Below, piece after piece: positions 9,604 through 18,606 of a stretch of 64,000 nucleotides of DNA. How positions within the stretch are numbered: the stretch's first letter is position 1; every line of letters begins with the position of its first letter. The notes beneath the pieces are model-generated. The model was given only the letters and a program-made list of their open reading frames with translations, was not told where the DNA came from and searched no databases. Source of the stretch: a virus; the IMG/VR virus record IMGVR_UViG_3300027971_000028, positions 32,001 through 96,000 of that record. One strand, written 5' to 3'. Both the position numbers and the translations under genes were made by a program.

Positions 9604-10653
9604 ATGGCCACTCAGGACTACGCGGCAAGCGTCCAAGGTGTGGCGATCCGTGTCACTAGACTGGACGCCTCAGGTAACCTACTCACCCAACCAGGTGATA
9701 GTTATACAACCTCGGCGTTCCTTCGCGCTTCATTTACACCAGAGTACGAAGAGGGCGATGAAATCGTAGAGAAGTCAGCAAACGGTACAGTTTGCGTTTC
9801 CTACAAAGCCCCAGACACTCTTAAAAGAATTACTATGGAACTGGCAATTTGTGAGCCAGATACAGAACTTACTGCTCTATTAGCAGGCGGGTTACTACTT
9901 CGTAAGAATCTAGGAACTTATGCTTCACCAGATCGCACATCAATTGGTTGGGCCGCACCAGCCGTTGGAGATGACCCTGCTGGAAACGGCGTTGCTCTTG
10001 AAGTTTGGTCATTTGCTGTGAAGGATGGAAAGCGTGCAACAACTCGTCCATACTTCCACTGGGTTTTCCCATATGTTAAGTTGCGTCAATCAGGTGACCG
10101 TGTAATTGAAAACGGATTACTTGCAAACACTTTCGAAGGCTATGGTCTTGGAAATGAGTCCTTTGATGCAGGTCCAGACGGCCGCTGGGAGTTTCCAGTT
10201 GCAGCAGAGCGTCCATACTCATACGCTCGCGATTCATGGGCACCAACTGGTCTAAAGGGCTTCTACGAGTGGCATGATGATATTACTAAGACTATTAGTA
10301 ACACATACCGCACTGGAACTACTGCAACTATTACAACATCTTCTGCTCACGGATTCCGTGTAGGAGATAGCGTAACTGTTGCTGGTACCAACGGAAACTC
10401 TGCACTTCACGGTACTAAAACAATTACCGCAGTTCCAACAACAACAACCTTCACATACACCACTACAACAAGCGGAACTATCACCTCTGCTGCTGATACT
10501 GGAACCGCAGTTGTTGCTAAGGGCTACTGGGCAGTTACAGACTTTACCTCTCAAGGATCTACTACTGCGTACAACGTACCTGGTAGCAGTTCATATAATG
10601 CTGACAACGCTGTTGACTTCATTATTGCTTCATCAGAGGATGCAACCTCTTAA
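9604..10653 (+). CDS. Major tail (tube) protein with an inserted beta-rich HG-x-x-VGD decoration domain
   Basis: SD AAGGAG; actinophage tail-tube-like N-terminus (RVTRLD..EYEEGDEIVEKSANG.VCV..K.PDTLKR); module at approx. 10282-10518. Confidence 0.8.
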   Translation: MATQDYAASVQGVAIRVTRLDASGNLLTQPGDSYTTSAFLRASFTPEYEEGDEIVEKSANGTVCVSYKAPDTLKRITMELAICEPDTELTALLAGGLLLRKNLGTYASPDRTSIGWAAPAVGDDPAGNGVALEVWSFAVKDGKRATTRPYFHWVFPYVKLRQSGDRVIENGLLANTFEGYGLGNESFDAGPDGRWEFPVAAERPYSYARDSWAPTGLKGFYEWHDDITKTISNTYRTGTTATITTSSAHGFRVGDSVTVAGTNGNSALHGTKTITAVPTTTTFTYTTTTSGTITSAADTGTAVVAKGYWAVTDFTSQGSTTAYNVPGSSSYNADNAVDFIIASSEDATS

Positions 10654-10665
10654 TATAAGTAAAAG

Positions 10666-10721
10666 AAGGGCGGACGACGTGTTGGTCGTATCATTGATAC
10701 AACTACCCGTTGTTCGCCCTT
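10666..10721 (+). terminator. Long imperfect hairpin after the tail tube gene
   Basis: AAGGGCG-GACGAC...GTTGTT-CGCCCTT with inner GTATC-ATT-GATAC; the G-U pairs work on the + strand. Confidence 0.55.
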
Positions 10722-10744
10722 ACTCTTTAGGATTGGTGTAAATA

Positions 10745-11887
10745 ATGGGCAATCTTTGGGTAGATGTTAACGAACTTGGCTCTACTTATGCAGAGTCTCA
10801 ATACGCATATGATGCTGTACAAACAGCCTCCTACCTACTTTGGGGCATGTCTGGAAGAAAATACTCTGGCGTAACAACTGTTACTGAGCGATATGTATCT
10901 TCTTATGATCCTCATATCCGAACAGGCGCCTCTATTCTTACATACTCTCCCACTTTAATTAGGGGAAATGTTGAAAATATTAGATTAAATGGTTCAGGAC
11001 CATATCAGCAAGATGACTTTTCAGGGGATGGAACATCTGCAAGTACTCGCGTACGCCTTCGTGGTCGTAAAGTAATAAGAGTTCATACACTAAGAGATAG
11101 AAATGGCGTTGTAATAGATCCAAGAGATTACTATTTAGTAGAGCACTCAACTATTCTTGCTACACCAGGGGCTAGTTGGACATCTTCTAATATTGAAGTT
11201 ACTTATTCATATGGAACACCGCCACCATTAGCAGGAAAAGCTGCTGCTCGCTTACTTGCCATTGAACTTGTTAAGTTATATGAAAATGACGACACTTGTG
11301 CTCTTCCTCAGCGTGTAACCTCTGTTGCTCGCCAAGGTGTTTCATATACAATTCTTGATAATCAAGATTTTATTGATGAACTTAGAACTGGTTTATATGC
11401 TGTAGATCTTTTCTTAAAAACAACTAACCCAGATAGGGCTAGAGCAAAAGCAAAAGTATTTAGTCCAGATACGCCTAGAGCACGTCGCCCTATTCCTAAG
11501 CCATATCAATTAACAGAGACTCCTTATGACTTAAAGGTACTTACATCTGGTTCAGCACTAGTTCTTTATTTAAGTGAAATAAATGGAAGTTTCTTAGAAG
11601 ATGATTCAGCATGGGAAGTATCTTTAACTGTGTCTGATCACTCTTACACAAAATCAGAAGACTTAGAAAACTCTATTAGCCTAAGTCGTGTTAATGGAAC
11701 AATAACTATCTCCCCAACTTATAGTCAAATATTAGACATTATTGGTCCAAGAGAGCCTGGTGTTTATGACATCTATTGCACTAGACCTAGCCTAGCCGAT
11801 CCAACTGTTGATGAAGTAATTAACCTACTTACAGCAAACGTATCATTTGAACTTTACACAAGAGTAGAGCCAATTTACACACTGTAG
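10745..11887 (+). CDS. Head-to-tail adaptor protein
   Basis: Position and motifs (ASYLLW.MSGRKYSG; LPQRVTSVARQGVSY). Confidence 0.7.
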   Translation: MGNLWVDVNELGSTYAESQYAYDAVQTASYLLWGMSGRKYSGVTTVTERYVSSYDPHIRTGASILTYSPTLIRGNVENIRLNGSGPYQQDDFSGDGTSASTRVRLRGRKVIRVHTLRDRNGVVIDPRDYYLVEHSTILATPGASWTSSNIEVTYSYGTPPPLAGKAAARLLAIELVKLYENDDTCALPQRVTSVARQGVSYTILDNQDFIDELRTGLYAVDLFLKTTNPDRARAKAKVFSPDTPRARRPIPKPYQLTETPYDLKVLTSGSALVLYLSEINGSFLEDDSAWEVSLTVSDHSYTKSEDLENSISLSRVNGTITISPTYSQILDIIGPREPGVYDIYCTRPSLADPTVDEVINLLTANVSFELYTRVEPIYTL

Positions 11888-11914
11888 GATATAGACAACA
11901 AGTAGGAGAGACAA

Positions 11915-12421
11915 ATGTCGACAACGATAAATAAGGCAACTGTTAGTAGTGACGCCAAAAATCTTGCTGTATTTTTAGATGCAGTACTTGCTCAAGTTGT
12001 TACTTCTTACGCTTCTTATACTATGCCACTTCCTCTGCGTAGATACTACACATTAGGACAACCTGTAGTTGATTGTGAGCAAGTAGTTGTTTCTTTTGTA
12101 CAAATGTATGTTGGTGCTCCAGGAGATGAAGCGACTCAGCCTCGTAGATGTAGTGATCCAAGAAGTGCGACAATTAATGTTTCCGTATCAAGAGCAGTTC
12201 CAGTAGTTGGTCAGAACGGTAGACCACCTTCTGCTGAAACAATAGAGAGTGCTTCAGAAATTGCTGCGTATGATGCATGGATTTTACTAGATAGCGCTTC
12301 TCAATTAGATACTTGGGAGTCTTCTGGTTTTGGTCTTGGAGTTATTGCAACTGTTGAGGTTCAAGCCCCTGAAGGTGGTTTTCAAACTGTAACTCTTACC
12401 CTGACTGCAGCCGTTCCATAA
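11915..12421 (+). CDS. Tail terminator or neck protein (putative)
   Basis: Synteny between adaptor and HK97 gp10-like gene; SD AGGAG. Confidence 0.55.
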   Translation: MSTTINKATVSSDAKNLAVFLDAVLAQVVTSYASYTMPLPLRRYYTLGQPVVDCEQVVVSFVQMYVGAPGDEATQPRRCSDPRSATINVSVSRAVPVVGQNGRPPSAETIESASEIAAYDAWILLDSASQLDTWESSGFGLGVIATVEVQAPEGGFQTVTLTLTAAVP

Positions 12422-12422
12422 A

Positions 12423-12806
12423 ATGGCAACAGTAGTATTTCGCAGGGCAGAGTTAGATTTTCTACTTAACTCTCCTGAAGGTGATGTAGGAAAGTACTTA
12501 GCAAAAAAAGGTCGTTTAATAACCGCTGCTGCTAAGGCTCAAGTTGGCGTAAGAACAGGAGCACTTCGTTCTTCTATCCACATGAGACATTTACGAGACT
12601 CTCGGGGTCAGTATGTGAAAATTGGATCTAATTTGGACTACGCTTTGCTACACCATCAAGGAACTAAGCCTCATGTTATTCGACCAGATAGGGCAAAAGT
12701 GCTGAGATTTGTTAGAGGCTCAAGGATTATATACACGACTTCTGTCATGCATCCTGGAACTAAGGCAAATCGCTATCTATCAGATAACTTAAAGTTGGTA
12801 AAATAG
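12423..12806 (+). CDS. HK97 gp10-like neck protein
   Basis: Basic; VGVRTGALRSSI and LLHHQGT motifs typical of the family. Confidence 0.65.
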   Translation: MATVVFRRAELDFLLNSPEGDVGKYLAKKGRLITAAAKAQVGVRTGALRSSIHMRHLRDSRGQYVKIGSNLDYALLHHQGTKPHVIRPDRAKVLRFVRGSRIIYTTSVMHPGTKANRYLSDNLKLVK

Positions 12807-12813
12807 TAACAAC

Positions 12814-12835
12814 ATTTACTATAAAAATAGTAAAT
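12814..12835. repeat. Perfect inverted repeat in the intergenic region
   Basis: ATTTACTAT-AAAA-ATAGTAAAT. Confidence 0.7.
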
Positions 12836-12866
12836 AAAAGACAAATGAGAAAAGAGGAATATCAAC

Positions 12867-13220
12867 ATGACAACAGGTAGGTTTAAGGATTTTGGTAGCG
12901 GTGGTGATGTAAACACGCAACCTTTATCTTTCAAACTTTACGGAGAAGATTTCCAATGTAAAACGGCTCTTCAAGGTAAAGTTCTTTTAGACATGGTTGC
13001 AGATGCTGGTTCTGATTCAAGCGGAATGGCAGCTGCTCTTATTGACAAGTTCTTTGCAAAGGTTTTATTGCCAGAAAGTTTAGATCGTTTTCTAAAACTG
13101 GTGGATGACCCTAGCAAAATTGTAACTGTTGAAAAATTAGGTGAAATCACTTCTTGGTTGGTCGAGCAGTACTCAAGCCGTCCTATACCGGGGCTAGAGG
13201 ACTCGCAGAGTGGGCAGTAG
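12867..13220 (+). CDS. Tail assembly chaperone (G)
   Basis: First of two overlapping ORFs immediately upstream of the tape measure gene. Confidence 0.75.
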   Translation: MTTGRFKDFGSGGDVNTQPLSFKLYGEDFQCKTALQGKVLLDMVADAGSDSSGMAAALIDKFFAKVLLPESLDRFLKLVDDPSKIVTVEKLGEITSWLVEQYSSRPIPGLEDSQSGQ

Positions 13221-13600
13221 ATCTCTGGCCTTATGTTAACGGGAAAGCACTAATGAACGGCCTACAACTATCTTCTATGGAACTAGCAGACATGCTAGAC
13301 GTTATCCATGTAATTTTTGAAGATGACATGACCTCCGTCGCTAGTGCAGAACAAGTTGACGTCAAAGAAAAAGTAAGAGAAATTATTTATAGGGATTTTT
13401 ATAAAACTACTTATAAATATAAAACAACTAAAAAAAGTCAAAACGCAGGTTTTGACAACTCTGTTGGAGATTTTGACTACAGCGACATCACACCGTTTGA
13501 CCCAAGCAGTCAAGCAGTGAAGCCGTTTGTTCCGCCAACAGAGTTTAATCCAGACATGCAAAAGCCGTTTGGATCAGTACTAGATGCCCCTTTGGGCTAA
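13154..13600 (+). CDS. Tail assembly chaperone extension (T), probably reached by -1 frameshift
   Basis: Overlaps the preceding ORF in the -1 frame (open from 13145); TTG start with no SD; canonical position before the TMP. Confidence 0.6.
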   Translation: MVGRAVLKPSYTGARGLAEWAVDLWPYVNGKALMNGLQLSSMELADMLDVIHVIFEDDMTSVASAEQVDVKEKVREIIYRDFYKTTYKYKTTKKSQNAGFDNSVGDFDYSDITPFDPSSQAVKPFVPPTEFNPDMQKPFGSVLDAPLG

Positions 13601-13621
13601 GAGATTAGGAGGTGATGGCGC

Positions 13622-16441
13622 ATGGCAATTGTTGGTGATGCATATGTAGTAGTTCGCGCCATCACTACTAGTGTTGAAAGAGATATTCAAAAATCTTTTA
13701 AAGGTGTGGACGCAGTTGGAGAAAAAGCTGGAGTAGATATATCTAATGGAATAAATAGAGGTATTCGCAGAGCTAAATTTGATTTTAGTGGAAGTTTTGC
13801 AAAATCAGCAATAGATGCTAAAGAACGATTTTCATCTTTAACAAGAGCGGGATATGCGTTAGCGCCAGCACTTACAGCATTAGGTGGGATTATTGGTCTT
13901 CTTGGTACAGGACTTATTTCTTTAACTTCAATAATTGGAGCCGCTGCTACCCCCGCGTTAATTACTTTAGCTGGAGCATTTACAGCCGCAGGTCAAGCAG
14001 CTCTGACACTAAAATTAGCATTTTCTGGGGTCGCTAAAGCAGTACAAGCAGGAACTAAAAACTCTAAAAAAAGTGCTTCTGCTGCAAAATCAGAAGTAGA
14101 TGCTCAAAGAAATTTAGCAAAAGCATATGAAGATCTAGCAGATGCTCAAAAAGGAGTAAATGATGCTAGAGAAACTGCAATTGAACAGATACAACAACTA
14201 GGTTTTGATTCTGAAGATGCTGCAATTAACGAACAAAAAGCAGCACTCGAACTTGAAAAAGCCCGTGAGACTCTTGCTCGTGTTTCAGATCTTCCACCTA
14301 ACTCTCGTGCTCGTAAAGAGGCTCAGCTTGCTTTTGCTGAAGCAGATTTAAATCTTAGAAGAGCGGTTGATCGTAACAATGATTTAAAAAAGGCAGAAGC
14401 AGAAAATGCAAAAGCAGGTCCTGATTTATCTTCTCAAGTAGAGGCAAGTAAAGTTGTTGTTAATGCTAAAAAAGCAGAATTAGATGCTGAAAGAAACTTA
14501 ATAAAAGCAACAGAAGCAAGAGATGCTGCTCTACAAGGATCTGGAGCAGATGCTTACGCTGACGCACTTTCTAACTTGTCAAAAGAAGCCCAAAACTTTG
14601 TTAAATATTTAGTTTCTATACAGGGAGAGTTTAAAAAACTTAAGGCTGCTGCTGGAGAAAAACTTTTCCCTCAACTAGAAACAGCAATAGATAACTTAGT
14701 AAAAAACCTATTTCCTGCTCTAAGACCTCTTCTTACTGAAACAGGAGATGTTTTAGGTAAGGTAGCAATAAGAATATCTGAAGTAATAACAAAATCAGAA
14801 AACATAAAAAGACTAGAGTCTATATGGAAGACAAATAATAAATTTATAGACAATTTTGGTAGTGCAATAGCCAATCTTTATGAAGGATTTTTAATTCTTT
14901 TAAACGCTGCTAAACCTTTAATTGATGCTTTCGGTGAATGGCTAAAGAATGTTACTGGCTCATGGAAAGAAACTTTAAAACTTGATGAAGCAACTGGAAA
15001 ACTTGGAGAGCGTTTTAAAATTGCTAAAGGAATATTAAAAGACTTAGGCACTATTCTTGGAAACGTTTTTGGAGGATTTAAAAATCTTGTAAAGGCAAAC
15101 GTGGGTCCTGGCAGTGGCGGTCAAATATTCTTAGACTACTTTAAAAAAGTATCTTTAGCATTTAAAAATTTAAAGACAATAGATGGACGTCCTCTAAAAG
15201 ACTTTTTTGCAGATGCAGCAAAAAACGGTACAGTTCTTCTATCATTGCTAGGAGAAATTATTGGTGGGTTCATAAGACTAGCCGATAATAAAGGCTTAGG
15301 AATTTTCTTAGAGCAACTTAGAGTAGTAAACGGTATCTTTAGTGATATAGGTGAAAGTTTAGACTCTTCTTTACCATCTTTTGGTAATTTTTTAATAGAG
15401 TTTTCAACTTTTATAAAAACAGTAACAGACTCGGGATCTATAACAATATTTTTTGATACTTTGTCTGGAGTTCTTAAAAAATTAAATGATTTTTTAAATA
15501 GCGAATTTGGTCAAGCATTACTGAGGGTATCTGCTCAAATACTTCCTTTATTAGCAGCCTTTGGGTTAATAACTAAAGCAGTAACATTTTTTGGAAAAGT
15601 ACTTTTAGGACCTCTATTTTCGCTTATTAAGTTTGTTGATAAAATTGTAGAGATAGCCCCTAAGATACGAGCATTTGCAACAGCATTTGGCGGCCCAATT
15701 GCAATTATTTTAGCTGTTGTAGCTGTGTTTGCTCTTCTCTACCAAAATAGCGAGATATTTAGAGAATCTATTGGAAAGCTAGTTTCTGCTGTTGGTGGTG
15801 CGTTAACAGATGCATTTAAAACAATAAAAACTGCTGTAGATGGTTTTGATCTTTCTGGAATTATGAGTGTATTTAAAATGCTTGGTGATTTTTTAGGAAC
15901 ATTTATAGTTCCAATAATTAGTGTAGTTTTAGTTACTGCTATAAAAACTGTTGCTGGTGTAATTTCTTCACTAATAAAAGTAGTAGGTCTTTTAACAAAT
16001 GCATTTAGCGGAATTGCAGGTGCTGTAAGCAAGGCTTTTAGTATCGTAATTTCAGTAGTTAAAGGTGCAATAAATGCATTAATATCAGTTTGGAATAATA
16101 GTCTTGGTAATTTAAAGATTACGCTACCTAAAATTGGGCCATTCGGCGGCGGAACCATTGGATTCCCAAAAATTAATCCTCTTGCAAAAGGTGGAGTTGT
16201 AATGCCAAGCGCTGAAGGAACTCTTGCCACAATCGGTGAAGCAGGTCGACCAGAACGTGTAGAGCCACTTGATCCAAACGGTCTGTCAAAGCGTGATAAA
16301 GCAATGATAGAAACATTATCTGGTGGAAAAGGTTCTGGAATTAATATAACAATTAATCCTTCTGCTGGCATGGATGAGAGAGAACTTGCCTCTATTGTTT
16401 CTCGTCAGATTGCCTTCCAACTTCGTAAGGGAGCCGCCTAA
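13622..16441 (+). CDS. Tape measure protein
   Basis: 939 aa, helical/amphipathic repeats, MAIVGDAYV N-terminus, C-terminal LAKGGVV..GEAGRPE motif; SD GGAGGTG. Confidence 0.9.
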   Translation: MAIVGDAYVVVRAITTSVERDIQKSFKGVDAVGEKAGVDISNGINRGIRRAKFDFSGSFAKSAIDAKERFSSLTRAGYALAPALTALGGIIGLLGTGLISLTSIIGAAATPALITLAGAFTAAGQAALTLKLAFSGVAKAVQAGTKNSKKSASAAKSEVDAQRNLAKAYEDLADAQKGVNDARETAIEQIQQLGFDSEDAAINEQKAALELEKARETLARVSDLPPNSRARKEAQLAFAEADLNLRRAVDRNNDLKKAEAENAKAGPDLSSQVEASKVVVNAKKAELDAERNLIKATEARDAALQGSGADAYADALSNLSKEAQNFVKYLVSIQGEFKKLKAAAGEKLFPQLETAIDNLVKNLFPALRPLLTETGDVLGKVAIRISEVITKSENIKRLESIWKTNNKFIDNFGSAIANLYEGFLILLNAAKPLIDAFGEWLKNVTGSWKETLKLDEATGKLGERFKIAKGILKDLGTILGNVFGGFKNLVKANVGPGSGGQIFLDYFKKVSLAFKNLKTIDGRPLKDFFADAAKNGTVLLSLLGEIIGGFIRLADNKGLGIFLEQLRVVNGIFSDIGESLDSSLPSFGNFLIEFSTFIKTVTDSGSITIFFDTLSGVLKKLNDFLNSEFGQALLRVSAQILPLLAAFGLITKAVTFFGKVLLGPLFSLIKFVDKIVEIAPKIRAFATAFGGPIAIILAVVAVFALLYQNSEIFRESIGKLVSAVGGALTDAFKTIKTAVDGFDLSGIMSVFKMLGDFLGTFIVPIISVVLVTAIKTVAGVISSLIKVVGLLTNAFSGIAGAVSKAFSIVISVVKGAINALISVWNNSLGNLKITLPKIGPFGGGTIGFPKINPLAKGGVVMPSAEGTLATIGEAGRPERVEPLDPNGLSKRDKAMIETLSGGKGSGINITINPSAGMDERELASIVSRQIAFQLRKGAA

Positions 16442-18582
16442 TGAGTCGCTCAAATTTATTTACAAACCCTACTTACCAAACTAACACTACTGGCTGGTCT
16501 GCTGCTCAAAAACTAAACAAAAGAATTATTAACTCCCAAAGAAGTGCCACCACTGCGACAATAACTACTAGTACTGCCCATGGTTTTTTAGTTGGTGATA
16601 GCGTAACTATTGCTGGCACTAATGGTAACTCTGCTTTACATGGTACTTATACAATTACAGCAATACCAACCTCAGTAACATTTAGATATACAACTGCAAC
16701 CAGTGGAACCATAACTTCAGCAGCAGATACAGGAACTGCCACCGTATTTGGGCTAGCACCTTCTGCTAATACAAAAACTATTAGCAACTCTCAAAGAAGT
16801 ACTACAACAGCACTTATAACTACTTCAGCATCTCACGGTTTTGCGGTAGGAGATGTCGTAACGATTGCTGGAACTAATGGCAACACCCCCTTACACGGCA
16901 CTTACACAATTACAGGAGTTCCTAGCGATACTACCTTTACCTACACAACCTCAACCTCTGGAACTATTACATCCGCTGCCGATACTGGTACAGCAGTAAT
17001 TGCCACTACATCTTTAGCAAGAATTACCTCTGACTACTTTGTTGGCTCTTCTTCTTTACAAATAACCAAGTCTGCTCAGGCTAACTCTGGAGTAATTACT
17101 ACCGACAGAATTGCTACTACAGCGTTATCTAGTTATGCAGTTTCTGGGTATGTAAAAGTTCCTACTGGCGCAGAAGAAGGCTCTTTTAGTATTAAGGCTA
17201 TTTGGTATAACGCATCTACTGCTGGAAGCATAGTTTCAATAAGTAATAACACTGCAAGAGATTTAACCAGTTCCTCAGGCTGGCAAAGAATCACGGCAGT
17301 ATTCACCGCACCAGCCACTTCAACTCATGCAAACTTTGCTTTTATTCAAAGCACCGCTGGTACTAAAGCCGAGACTTTCTTACTTGACGCTGTTTTATTA
17401 GAGCAGTCTGACTCAGTAGAGGGCTTTTTTGTTAACTCTAATCAAGCCAATGAAACTTCAAAGGTAAACCTTGCTTTAGCCCCACTTCCACAGCCTCATT
17501 TGACGGGAATGAAGTTACAAGCAGATATATCGCTGAATGACTTTACTTTTAATACAATTGATGAATACGGAGTTATTTGGGTAGTTACTGATATTGGTGG
17601 TTGGTGGCAACATCCTTCTCCTGAAATCCCTGAGGTTTCTAGAGGCTGGGGCGATGGTTCATATGATGTTAAAGGTAAATACAACGCAAGAGATATAACT
17701 TTTGAAGGCGTTATTCTGACTCCAGATCCTTCTCTACTTGCTGCTGCTAGAGATAGATTTGTCGCGGCTACAAATTTAGTTTATACAGGTGGATGGCTTA
17801 AAACAAATGAAGGATCTTACATTAAAGCATCTTATGTAAGATTAAGCGGAGATCCAGAAATACAAACAGTAAATGCTCGCGGGCGCACTGAGTTTTCTAT
17901 CGGACTTAGAGCAGCAGATCCTATAAAATATAAGTGGAATACAGAAGACCCAATCTATGGGTATGAGAACGTATTAATACCGTGTGAAGCAACATCTACA
18001 GCCGCGGATGGAACCGAGATTATAGAAAATGAAGGTAACTACCCTGTTAGCGTATATTTAACTATTACTGGTCCGCTAGTTGGTCCAGCGGTAATATCTA
18101 ATGACACTTCCGAGGAACAAATTAATATAACAGGTGCTCTAAGAGCTGCTACTACTAAAACAATTAATAACAGAGGCTTAACTGATAATTTAGTAACCCT
18201 CTCAACTACCACCACTCACGGATTAGTTGTTGGTGATGTTGTTACTGTTTCTGGTCTTGGTTCACCGTATGACGGGGATTTTGTAGTACTTAGTGTTCCT
18301 ACAACTAGCACATTTACATATGCAGCAACTGGTTCTAACGTCGCTTATGGAGCTGGTAGTGGGAGCCTTGCCTATGGTCCAGATACTTTAGAAATCAACA
18401 CATATGATAGATCTGTATTTTTAAATGGAGAGTATTTAGGAGCAAGAGCAAAATTAGAAGTGTATAACGAATGGATTAATTTATACCCAGGCAATAACAC
18501 AATTAGTTTTTATGACATAGGCGATGCTGCCAATTCAACGGCTACTTTATCTGTAGACTATCGTTCTGGATGGCTTGCTTAA
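16441..18582 (+). CDS. Distal tail (Dit-like) protein with three HG-x-x-VGD domains and a CBM-like insert
   Basis: Follows the TMP with TAATG overlap; C-terminal L.PG.NTI.F..YRSGW Dit-like end; NPTYQTNTTGW...FLLDAVLLEQ lectin-like insert. Confidence 0.7.
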   Translation: MSRSNLFTNPTYQTNTTGWSAAQKLNKRIINSQRSATTATITTSTAHGFLVGDSVTIAGTNGNSALHGTYTITAIPTSVTFRYTTATSGTITSAADTGTATVFGLAPSANTKTISNSQRSTTTALITTSASHGFAVGDVVTIAGTNGNTPLHGTYTITGVPSDTTFTYTTSTSGTITSAADTGTAVIATTSLARITSDYFVGSSSLQITKSAQANSGVITTDRIATTALSSYAVSGYVKVPTGAEEGSFSIKAIWYNASTAGSIVSISNNTARDLTSSSGWQRITAVFTAPATSTHANFAFIQSTAGTKAETFLLDAVLLEQSDSVEGFFVNSNQANETSKVNLALAPLPQPHLTGMKLQADISLNDFTFNTIDEYGVIWVVTDIGGWWQHPSPEIPEVSRGWGDGSYDVKGKYNARDITFEGVILTPDPSLLAAARDRFVAATNLVYTGGWLKTNEGSYIKASYVRLSGDPEIQTVNARGRTEFSIGLRAADPIKYKWNTEDPIYGYENVLIPCEATSTAADGTEIIENEGNYPVSVYLTITGPLVGPAVISNDTSEEQINITGALRAATTKTINNRGLTDNLVTLSTTTTHGLVVGDVVTVSGLGSPYDGDFVVLSVPTTSTFTYAATGSNVAYGAGSGSLAYGPDTLEINTYDRSVFLNGEYLGARAKLEVYNEWINLYPGNNTISFYDIGDAANSTATLSVDYRSGWLA

Positions 18583-18606
18583 ACTTAAAAAACTTAAGGA
18601 ACTAAA

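Noticed and set aside
15739-16371. 210-aa minus-strand ORF
   Set aside because: Antisense to the tape measure gene; no supporting signals
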